DNA of 60,777 nt, filler included, from Stramenopiles sp. TOSAG23-2 (lineage: Eukaryota): the NCBI GenBank assembly GCA_900128395.1. It is 4 parts of 4 records of this genome, joined end to end, with 100 filler letters (N's around TTAATTAATTAA, not from the genome) between each part and the next. Parts side by side here need not be neighbours in the genome. Positions count along the whole stretch, not along the records: positions 30,469 to 45,581 come from LT649727.1; positions 45,682 to 60,777 come from LT649728.1; 2 more parts are not named here. One strand, written 5' to 3'. This document shows, one piece after another, positions 45,267 through 58,800 of this stretch. The notes beneath the pieces are model-generated. The model worked only from the letters and a program-made list of their open reading frames with translations, was not told the DNA's origin and ran no database searches. The position numbers and the translations under genes were made by a program. Positions within the stretch are counted from its first letter, which is position 1. Every line of letters starts with the position of its first letter.

Positions 45267-45473
45267 TTACGCTAAATTACTTCTTAATTGTTGAGTAAAT
45301 TTATCGTCAGTTCCATCGTCGTCGTCCCAGCTACTTTTAAATTGTGTACTATCTTCAGTATCTTGTTCGTTTTTACTCCAATTATTCAATTCAAACTCTT
45401 CAAACTCGTCGTCTTCCTCTAACACGTCGGCGGTATTGGTCGTGGTATTTGCTTTGGTATCTTTTGATGACAT
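45267..45473 (-). CDS. SEM1: DSS1/SEM1 small acidic protein
   Basis: LEEDDEFEEF..NW...WDDDD..DKFTQQLR. Confidence 0.92.
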   Translation of the reverse strand: MSSKDTKANTTTNTADVLEEDDEFEEFELNNWSKNEQDTEDSTQFKSSWDDDDGTDDKFTQQLRSNLA

Positions 45474-45581
45474 TTGTATGCGATTAATATATACTTCTTA
45501 TCTTGTGATTTTCTTCTTTGTAATCTCTTTCTTTGTTCTCGTTTAATCCATGTGTATAATAATATATTTTGATTCTGTGTT

Positions 45582-45681
45582 NNNNNNNNNNNNNNNNNNN
45601 NNNNNNNNNNNNNNNNNNNNNNNNNTTAATTAATTAANNNNNNNNNNNNNNNNNNNNNNNNNNNNNNNNNNNNNNNNNNNN
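45582..45681. other. Artificial contig linker
   Basis: N44-TTAATTAATTAA-N44. Confidence 0.97.
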
Positions 45682-45890
45682 GCCAAAAACACAACGCACC
45701 AACCTGGCGGCTGGGTGATGGAAAATAATAATAATAATAAATAATAATGAATTGTGCAATTAATAATTTACCTGGTATTACTAATATTCGTATAAAAATT
45801 TGGTAAGGCATGGAAAAGAAATGATGTTATAATAATATAAAAAAGAAGAGAATCATATATCAAGAACAGAAACTAATAATAACAAACTAT

Positions 45891-48728
<2,838 letters not shown>

Positions 48729-48979
48729 GACGAAAATATTTTTTAAATGTGGCCAATAAATTAATATACCAACTAAGACATAAGAGAGGTGTATTTGTAT
48801 TGTACGTATAAAAAAGAAAAGAAGTACTAATTCTCGTAAAATCTCTATCTACATATCAAAATTAAATTGATAATGTTTATTTTATAAAATAAATTTTTAA
48901 TATCTTGTTGATGTTTATTTGATAATTTCCAATGTTTTGGGATTTTTATTTTTGTAAAATCTACATGCACATTTTATTT

Positions 48980-50902
48980 TTAATTAAATATCGTCTCGTC
49001 GAATTTTATCCATTCACTTACAATTGGTGTTCCGCGTCCAATAACAGGATCCCAATTTGATGAATCAACTTCATATCCATATTTACAACATGATGCCTCA
49101 TCTCCACCTGTACATTTATTATTATTTTTATTACTGCTAGTATTATCATCTATTGAAATCTTAAATCCATTTATTGGTATACTATATAGCCATTTATTTG
49201 CAAATCCAAGTACAGGTCGATTGTTATTTATTCGTATCATATTAATATGTGCTAATATGGCGGCAATAGTTGGGGCAGAACAACTGGTTCCATCCATCGT
49301 AAAATAACCTCCTTCACCAACACCTTTTGAGTAAACAATAAAGTTATGGCCTAAAGCAGATACATCTGGATATGCACGATTTGAAGCATTGAAAAGATAT
49401 GTAGGTGGTTTTGTAATTGCACTATTTTTCAAATATTTATTTACTTCCTCTTTTTGATATTCAGGCATTTTTGCATAAATGCTAAATCCACCACCGGATG
49501 TGATTAAACTTCCATATCCTGTACTAGCAACTTTTTCTAATGTACTAAATGTTCCATTTGCACATGGTGAAGTTGCAAATTTATTACACATTGTTGGAAT
49601 AGATGTTTCCATCAATGTATCTGGATGTACGAGTGCTGTTGCCCCAACACTAATTACAAAAGGAGAAGATGCAGGGAAATCTGGATTTAAAATATCTTTT
49701 CTTCCAGTATCTTTAGAACAGTCTTGATTAATTCGACCAGGAGCACCAAAATCACCACTAGAAACGACCAATGTAACTCCTAATGCCGTTACTTTCATAA
49801 ATTCAATATTTGTACGCTCAACGTATGTTTTTGAATTTGTGCTCCAATACGTGCAGTTTGCAGGCATATCAGGGCCAAACTCATCGCTACATTGGGAGCT
49901 CTCTGGATATCCCCAAGAAATTGATACAACACTTGGACGATTTTCCGTTGAATTTTTATTGAATAAATCAAATGCAAATTGTAACATCCAATTTTCATTC
50001 ATCCAAAATGTTGTACTTAAACTGGGATTAAGACCAGTGATGAAGTCTATATCCATCTGGGATTCAGAATTTGGAAAATCCTCATCGTTATCCCCAATAA
50101 TATTAACATTTCCAGTGGTAATAATATCAACTTCCTCTTGCCATTTTTTCATATCATTTGGATTATATCCTTCAGGTCCTAATGCATGTTGAAATTCTGC
50201 AACGGATTGAACCATTTTATTGCCATTTTTAAAGTTTTCGCTTTCCACATTTTCTAATACGGGTACATTATATAAGTTATTTAGTGTTTTTGGTATTATT
50301 AACTTGCCATTTATACTATCTTTATCTTTCAAGTATTTTGTCGTTTTTGTGGACTTCTTCTTTTTTAAATCTCTAAATTCACTTAATTTTGATATGAAAT
50401 CAATATGACCTTTTAATTTATCTGGAATATCATATGGTAGGGTTCGTGGGATGATTATATCGTCATATAGACTGTGTTGATAATTATAAAACCTACTTGT
50501 TGGTAGCATTTTTTCTATTTCACTGATATTCATATGTAATTGAATGGCATCCCCAAGAAAAATTTGTCTCAACATTTTAAAATTTGATAAATAGTTTTCA
50601 ACATGTGCAATAGTTTCATTTGTAGGCTTTACATATTCAAGTACTTGTTCTTTTGACATATGTTTTCCATACATATTTTTATTATTTGGATCTGATATTT
50701 GGTTTAAATGATTTTCCAGTTTAGAAATACCTACTTCATTTTGTTTTAAATAAATAGTAAAAAAGATATTTTGTTTTAAACTACCTCGTTCTTTTCTTAA
50801 CCATTTTTGTTGTTTCGTTGTTGCTGATGATGCTGATAAAATTATTAAAAGCAACAACATTGAATGTAATAATAAACATTCTATTAATTTCATGGCATAC
50901 AC
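48980..50902 (-). CDS. S53 sedolisin / tripeptidyl-peptidase I-like protease
   Basis: Signal peptide, prodomain (SDP..YGKHMS), ESQMD, SSGDFG, RAYPDVSA, GTSCSAP, WDPVIGRGTP. Confidence 0.92.
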   Translation of the reverse strand: MYAMKLIECLLLHSMLLLLIILSASSATTKQQKWLRKERGSLKQNIFFTIYLKQNEVGISKLENHLNQISDPNNKNMYGKHMSKEQVLEYVKPTNETIAHVENYLSNFKMLRQIFLGDAIQLHMNISEIEKMLPTSRFYNYQHSLYDDIIIPRTLPYDIPDKLKGHIDFISKLSEFRDLKKKKSTKTTKYLKDKDSINGKLIIPKTLNNLYNVPVLENVESENFKNGNKMVQSVAEFQHALGPEGYNPNDMKKWQEEVDIITTGNVNIIGDNDEDFPNSESQMDIDFITGLNPSLSTTFWMNENWMLQFAFDLFNKNSTENRPSVVSISWGYPESSQCSDEFGPDMPANCTYWSTNSKTYVERTNIEFMKVTALGVTLVVSSGDFGAPGRINQDCSKDTGRKDILNPDFPASSPFVISVGATALVHPDTLMETSIPTMCNKFATSPCANGTFSTLEKVASTGYGSLITSGGGFSIYAKMPEYQKEEVNKYLKNSAITKPPTYLFNASNRAYPDVSALGHNFIVYSKGVGEGGYFTMDGTSCSAPTIAAILAHINMIRINNNRPVLGFANKWLYSIPINGFKISIDDNTSSNKNNNKCTGGDEASCCKYGYEVDSSNWDPVIGRGTPIVSEWIKFDETIFN

Positions 50903-51497
50903 CTATATTAGATGGATTGCTACTTCTATTTGTTTTTCAATCTATTGTGCTTTTTTGTCTCTTTTACCATTTGTGATTAAAATAAATACAAAAAAAAAAA
51001 TATAATACCATATTAATATTTCGAATTCATTACTAAAATATCTTATTTATTACAAACAGAGAGGATACATGATAGCCAGGATAGATATGTTGTTGTATAA
51101 AACAAAGTTCAACCATAGGAGCGAGAGAAAATACTCGTAGCACTTTATAAAATTTACTACTGCTGTGTTAGTGTACGAGGGGCTAGATAATACCTTAACA
51201 TAGCTACCAAATGTGACAAATCATCTCTCTGGACAAATCGTTCAATAAAATATATATGGTTTGCCTTGCTGTGCATGTGATCATGCTTTTTTATAATGTT
51301 ATCTGCCTGTCGTCTAATATTGACGTGATAGGCATATTACAAGTTACGAAGAATACAATTGCTATTGCGTAGTACGTATAGTCTCGTCTGAATCGTTATA
51401 ATTTTATTAAAAGAAGCGTTTTCCTGAGAGTTTGTTTCATATTTCATATCTTCATTTTTGAAGGAGTTCGGCTGTATGGCCATATAGATACAAAAAT

Positions 51498-52318
51498 ATG
51501 GATGTTGAGCAGATACCGCCATTAAGTAAAATGTTCAAACAAACATCTTATTGGGGTACTAATTGCAATCCAAAGCCGAAAACGCCACCAAAACATAAAC
51601 GTTTTCATGCATTGGGTAGTGAAGTAGCATTTCCAATCTCCCCACGAAGACCTGGAAAGCCTTTATCTTCATTAGCAACACCATCTCCAAGACAACTTAA
51701 ACAAGCTTTAGCAAATAATAATACGGTTGGCTCAGTAAAAGATAATGCCGTGAGATTGGGCAATTCAGTAACTTCAACTAGACACACGATTGCTATTGTT
51801 ACTAAAAATGTTGATAATATATGGAAACCGCCACCTAGACCAAAGGGCCATGTCGTGCACAAAAAATTTGAACCGCAAGTTGATCCTGTTGATTTAGACA
51901 ATTCACATCGTAAGTAATTAATGTATATTTTCTTTACATAAAAATCAACCACAAAAGTAAAATATAGAAATCCGTGCTAACACATCACATCACCCTCTTT
52001 ACATACATACTATCTATAGATCGCATTGAACAATTTGATGATACATATGCGAAAAAATCTCCACCATATGATAAATTAATGAGATTTGTAACTAATCCAA
52101 CACCAGTTGAATATCCGAAAATTGATTATGATGTCGAGGGCAATAATAAATTTCCAAATTTAGATAAATTAATTGAGAAATATTCAACTGCTCAAATAGC
52201 TGCACAGGAACGACTTGCTGCAGTTAAAGCTAGAAAGAAGAAATTAAAACGTGAAGCAAATGAAAAGGCATTAAATAGAATGGTAGCAGATGCAAGAGAA
52301 ATGTATTCTACAATTTAA
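51498..52318 (+). CDS. Hypothetical protein, two exons (51498-51909, 52020-52318)
   Basis: The two ORFs join in frame across a canonical intron. Confidence 0.75.
51910..52019 (+). other. Spliceosomal intron (110 nt)
   Basis: GTAAGT donor, TGCTAAC branch point near 51975, TAG acceptor. Confidence 0.82.
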
Positions 52319-52831
52319 AAAGGAAGTGTCATAATGTTTTATTCTTTTTCTTTTTGAATATACGAGTAAGGTTTATAAATATATACCGTATCATATTATA
52401 CTCTCCTTTTTTTTTACCAAAAAATATATATGTGCATAGTATTTTCCAGGTTGTCCACAGAGCGAGAAGAGAATTTTCTTCACAGCTTCAGGAGAACAAC
52501 TGCAAAACTTAAACTTTTAAACACCATATATATAATATTTTTGGAATATAATTTTTCACGAAATTCCAAAGACCTATATATATTATTATATTAAAATCTA
52601 AGTTTATCTCTCCCGTAAATAGTAAAATACTAAGATGATATGTATTGATGCGCTCAATTACTTGAGAGATGGAATTAATCAGTTTGGCTGTAGATCAAAA
52701 TTTAAATTAAATTTATTTTTTATACGTATGAATTATGCATTTAAATAAAAAAATGATTATATAAAAAATTATATTATTTTTTTTTACCCTGTGAAAAATA
52801 TTTTTATTACCTACGTACTATCGTACGAAAA

Positions 52832-53482
52832 CTATTTCTTCCCTTTTTCTTCTTGTAATTCAAATAACGATGCATCTTTGAAACGATGTTGTTTGTATTT
52901 TATTAAATCAAATGTAATTTTACCATTAAATAATTGTTGTTCATATTCTACTAATTGTTCCATAAAACCATAATTTGGTGCAGTGACTGGACGTTTACCT
53001 TTGACAAATACAAATGCTGCATGTAAACTCATTTTTTCACTATACATTAAATATGCAATAACAACACTGGCACTTCTACTCATTCCAACTTGACAATGTA
53101 CTAATGCAGCACCATCGTTACCTTTGGCATCTTCTATACATGCAAACGCTTCGTCCAATATATTCAATAAGTTTGCTTTATCCCTATCTGTAGAGTCGCT
53201 TAATTTGATATGTGCATATTGGAAATCGTCTTCAAAGTGACATTCACTTTCTACCGTGACGTTTACAATATGCGTAATTTTTAATGTATTTTGCATCATT
53301 TGTTTATCTGTCGTTACTTCATATCCACCTAAATATAAATACGGTAGTATTTTTGTACAGTTCACATCTACAGATAAAGATGGTTTCATTTTAAATAATT
53401 TGCGTCGTTGTGCAATAGATGATTTTTTATTATTATTATCATTACTACTATTATTATTATTATTATTATTATTATCAGTCAT
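52832..53482 (-). CDS. Dual-specificity protein phosphatase
   Basis: ILPYLYLG, VHCQVGMSRSASVVIAYLM, PNYGFMEQL. Confidence 0.93.
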   Translation of the reverse strand: MTDNNNNNNNNSSNDNNNKKSSIAQRRKLFKMKPSLSVDVNCTKILPYLYLGGYEVTTDKQMMQNTLKITHIVNVTVESECHFEDDFQYAHIKLSDSTDRDKANLLNILDEAFACIEDAKGNDGAALVHCQVGMSRSASVVIAYLMYSEKMSLHAAFVFVKGKRPVTAPNYGFMEQLVEYEQQLFNGKITFDLIKYKQHRFKDASLFELQEEKGKK

Positions 53483-53707
53483 TCGCTATTTTATATAATA
53501 TAATTATTAATTTTTTTTCCTAATTTCTAAAATAAATATATATATATATACAAACACACGCAATATATATATCAATTGGTTTTAAAGAAGGGACAACTTA
53601 TTGTAGTCTTTTGTGATATCTATATCTTATACATCATCTATAGAAGGTTATCCTATTTTTAAAAAATTAATATTTATTTTCCATTTACATTGTGCCATTT
53701 GTTGATA

Positions 53708-54813
53708 CAGATGTTTGCAACCAACACCGGACAGTGAGAGAGAGAGACCTGCAAGAAAAAAAAAAAAATACTAAATCGGGTTTTAGCATATTAGCATAGA
53801 AATAGCATTAAAATATATAATTTTGACGAAATATTAAATCGGGTTTTAGCATATTAGCATATAAATAGCACTAAAATACATGATTTTGACTAAATTCGGG
53901 TTTTAATCAAATTCAATAATAATTCAATAATATATATATATATATATAATAATATCATACACATAATATGTCTAAACGGTATACTACATATCAAAGTAAT
54001 TACTGTATATACGTACAACATTCAGTACATACATAATCATTATGCCAAAGAGTAAAAATAGAAGAAAGAGACGACGTAGACACAAGCGTGTACAAAGAAG
54101 AGGATTCAGAGTCCAAATTGGTGCAAATTTATTACCTATCGTTAATGCTAGAAAACATGACGAATTGAAAATTCAAACAGATATGTTAACATTTTATTAT
54201 GAGAACAGACCAAGATCATTTCGTTGGTGCTCTGACCGTAGAGGGGTATTAAACGGGGCAAAACATTATGTATCGAACAGTACATTACAAGAATGGGTAG
54301 CTCATTATGAAAAATTCGGGGAGCCACCTATAATAACGAAGAGGTATATGCCGAGGGGTGGTAATAAAAGTTTGAATACCGAACAACAAAACATGTTGAA
54401 AAAATTAGCGTTAGAAAACCCGGAATGTTACTTGGACGAGTTACAAGAGCTGATGATAGCAAAGGGATTGTATGTATTGTGGAAAGAAATATACTGTATG
54501 TATAACGATATCTGTTTTCTATATATATCTATATATCTATATTTGTTTATATGCAAAGTCGTCTATCTTCGTATGATATATATATATATATTATTGAATT
54601 ATTATTGAATTTGATTAAAACCCGAATTTAGTCAAAATCATGTATTTTAGTGCTATTTATATGCTAATATGCTAAAACCCGATTTAATATTTCGTCAAAA
54701 TTATATATTTTAATGCTATTTCTATGCTAATATGCTAAAACCCGATTTAGTATTTTTTTTTTTTTCTTGCAGGTCTCTCTCTCTCACTGTCCGGTGTTGG
54801 TTGCAAACATCTG
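53708..54813. mobile_element. Internally deleted IS630/Tc1/mariner-superfamily DNA transposon
   Basis: 238-bp TIRs (53708-53945, 54576-54813) beginning CAG, TA on both flanks (53706-53707, 54814-54815), internal transposase-like fragment. Confidence 0.9.
54042..54608 (+). pseudogene. Truncated IS630/Tc1-like transposase (N-terminal HTH part only)
   Basis: VSNSTLQEWV HTH-like; LNTEQQNMLKKL..ENPECYLDELQELM; no DDE domain; the ORF runs into the right TIR. Confidence 0.7.
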
Positions 54814-55841
54814 TAACTAAGTTTAAGTATATTTAGTCGATGATTATTTTTCGATAATGAAAATTCTGAAATTTTATCGATTTTTCTAATTCCAGGAATT
54901 CATGTTTCGTAGTTCTACCAGTAAATAGAAGAACACAGCACTAAAAAATAAAAACCAATAAATATTACTAATATACAAAAGAAATCCAGCCAAGATGCAT
55001 CGTGAGCGCCATAATAATAGTAGTCGTCTACAGTGTTTTTTTAGGGTAGAGGTGCAGAGCTAGTCGCCTGGTTAGTTTAGGTGCGGTATTAAAGTATTCT
55101 ATAATGTGGAGTGTGGAGTAGTGCCAGAAGCGTAGGCGACGTATACATATTACATATTACATATGTAATACAGTATTAATATGTATCATAAGCATAGCTA
55201 GCTCTAGCTAGAGCTAGCTCCACTACTGTACCAGCAGACAGCAGAGCTGGACCTGGATAGCTCTAGCCTATCTTTACAATTATCTAAACTTATCACTTAT
55301 CTCATTCGTATACTGAATGCAGATAAAAAAAATTAATGCTATTCCCTTCTTAATGAAAGCTCCTCACACATTAAAATAGATCTAATTGAAAGTGTGTTGA
55401 TGTGAGGAAACGTATATTTTGCAAAAAAGAGGGGGCAATTCTTCCTCGAATAAACCTTATTTCTAATATTAGCATAAGCATATCATTAAAATACGTCTAA
55501 TTAATCACGCTGAGGAGAATAATATATTATATAATTTATTATAATAGAACATACATATATATATATATAATCATTTAAACAAGACTAGCAAAGACATTGG
55601 TTCATGTTATCTTATTTGAATCAAAACAAGGCAATAATCCTAATTCTTTTCATTTAGTAAGACTAAATAAATTTGTAAATATTGTTAGTGTGCAAACTTT
55701 ATCGATACTATAACGATACTAACACTTTCATTTTGTAAGTTTATATTAGTATATTAAGAGTAGGATAAGTCATTAAAAATAAATACATAATATCACAAAT
55801 ATAAATATATATATATAGATATATAGATATATTGAGAGAAG

Positions 55842-58800
55842 ATGCAAGGTTTATATTTTTGTTTATCGTGTTTGTTCTTTATTGTTTTTCTTTCAATACT
55901 TAACGTTGATGCTGTCGAAGTTCGTGGACGTTTGAAATTATCAAACAAGTGGACAAAATATCGCCAACAAGAACAAGGATCCACAGTAAGTCTAAAAATT
56001 CCTGTTACATACAAGGAAAACGATGAAGACCGAGCGAAAAAAAAAGAACTGGGAAGACAAGAAAGAGAAGTACGCCAGGCAGAGAAAGAAGATCTGCAGA
56101 GGGAGCTTGCTACGAAAGAAAAAGTAAAAAGGTTAGAAAGGGAGGAAAATACTCTTATCTCAAAAAGTACATTAGGAGAAAGTAAAAAATGGTGCGAAGC
56201 TAGGCCTAAATTTAACCGAATGAGATACCAAGTTGATTGTTCTTCTATGCTTCAAGTGGACGTAGATAGTATTAAAGCAGCTTTTCAAGGAGGGCTGTTT
56301 AACGAGCAAAATGAGAAATTGCGAAAGGTACGCGAGAGTTTCGGAATGGATATCTTAGATAAAAATACAGGCAGACAGGTGAAACGCTTACAATTATTCA
56401 AATATCCAACATTATTGAATCCATGCTGGCAGTTCGTCCAGCAATGCTTGCCAAGTTTAAAAGACTTCGATAAAGGTTCGCCAAACGGTGGATTAGGTGG
56501 TCTATTAAAAAGATTTGGATTTTCAGATCGTATTAAAGACGCATTGAAAAACGTCAAGTTACCTTTGCCTGCTATGCTAAAAAATATAGCTGGTGCGGAA
56601 CGTATCATCAAAGACATCGTAGGACCAGAGATGCTTTACAAATTGAATTTAGAACCATTGTTGATGGATAAAACTAAAATGTCAAAAAAATTACGTTTGA
56701 ACAATAAGTGGTGTATGTTTACACCTGGTATGATACCGTTCTTACCAAGAGATGCAGCCTCTAAATTCGGACCACATTTAGTATTGCCACAAATTCCAAC
56801 ACTACCACGAGTTATTCATACCGGTGTTGGTGACTTTAAGATATTAAAGACTGGTATATTGATACCGGACCTAGAATCGTACAACTTTGGATCCCTCAAT
56901 GCAATGGCTAAAATTATGAAACCAATGCTAGAAAAAGAATGTCCAAAACGTGTATGTGGTATTAAAACTTTCAGAAAGTATTTGCAAGATTTTACACCTG
57001 GTTTCCATTTTAAGGCAAGGACCAATGATTTTAAAGATTTATTAGATGAATATTTGATATATTTCATGGAAAAAGCAGGCATGATGATGATTACGCCTGG
57101 TGGAAATTTACCATTGCCGCCACCTTTAAATTTATTATGGGGCACAGCAGCATTAAATACACCTGGAACGAAAGATTGTACCTTATCAGTATTTCCAATG
57201 CAAAATACTGGGGAATATGCATATGATGATCCAACATTGGTGAAGCAATATTGTGAAATTGCAAATACTGTTTGGTGCCATGGGGATAGTGAAAAATGCA
57301 AACGTCAAGGGGGGAGTATATATGCCCATTCATCTGGTGCATTAACGCTTTTAGAGGGTATCAAGCAAGGCATCTGTATTCAAGATATGAAAATTAATAT
57401 AATCGGTGCCCCATTTAAAGGTCTTAAGATTGCAGAATCCTTGAAAAAATATGATACATGGTGCTCAAAAAGTTCAAAAGGTAAATATTTCGATTCTTTC
57501 TTTAACGATATTAGAAATAGTGGAGCACAAGGTAATTGCGGCCCACAAATAGACGATTACGTAAAGAAATTCGGGACAAGCATAAACTCATTAACGAAAA
57601 GCATGTTTCATAATTTCAAAATGTTGAAGCCAACTGTTTTGGAAAAAGTTCAAAAAGTTGCGTTGATTGAAGCAGAAGAGACACAATCGAAAGATTCATC
57701 TGCTATGTTACATGGAATCCAGTCGTTAAGTGACGATGAAGAAAAAATGCACATGTATACTCAATTGTACCATATTGGCAAAAATGAAAACGAAGTATCA
57801 AATGAAGATCATGAACATGTGATGAACTATATGCAAAATTTGTCACCAAGTGAAAAGACAGAATTTGTAGAAGAGTTATCAAAACATTTGAAAAATCAAT
57901 TGACAACAACAAAAAGAAGAAATCTTTTGTCTAGGAGGAAGCTTATGGCGCTTGATGCAGAAGGCAGAAAAGTTGAACGTTGGGGGTTTGTTAAAAAGGC
58001 TTTTAAGGCAGTTGGGAAGGTAGTGAAGAAGGTTGTTAAGGGAGTTGGGAAGGTAGCGAAGAAGGTTGTTAAGGGAGTTGGGAAGGTAGTGAAGAAGATA
58101 TTTAAAACCATATCAAAACCAATTCTGCGAGGCGTCGCAGCGATCGGCGGATGGATTTACGGTATGGTTACTGGAAAGAAAATCAATCCACGATTGGCAA
58201 TTACCACTTTCTTGAAGAATGCGATGTGTGGCACAGTGTTAAGAGAAGACAAAGAAAAGCTTGCACCAGGCCAAGAAAAGGAATTAAGTCCAACGGAAAT
58301 GGGTATTGTCGATGAAGCTTTACACAAAGCTATTGATGGTATTGCCGGACACGACATGATAAAATTATTAAATGATCCAAAACCATTTGGTATGGCTACT
58401 GTCCGTGGTATTAAGAGCATGATTAAAGCATTAGCTCCAGGTAACGTCATGAATAAAAAATATTATGAAATGAGCAAGAACATTAACAGTGTAACATGCG
58501 GTACAAGTGCAACAGGTTTAGGTACATTCTTCGGTAAAAAAATCAAGCCATTTCCATTGGAATTAATGAAAGCATCTTCAATAATGCCATCTTTGACAGA
58601 TGTTATTAATGGTATGGTAAACAAAGATTATTTGAAAAAGACATTGAAAGTACACATCAGTAGTCTTGGTGTCAAAGCTATGGAGAAATTTTTCCCATGG
58701 ATGATGAATCAAGTCAGTATGTTACGAACATGCGCGCCAAAGGTTATTCGTACGTTTTTACCAGATGGGGAAACTGACGGTATTGTTTCCAGCAAAAGCT

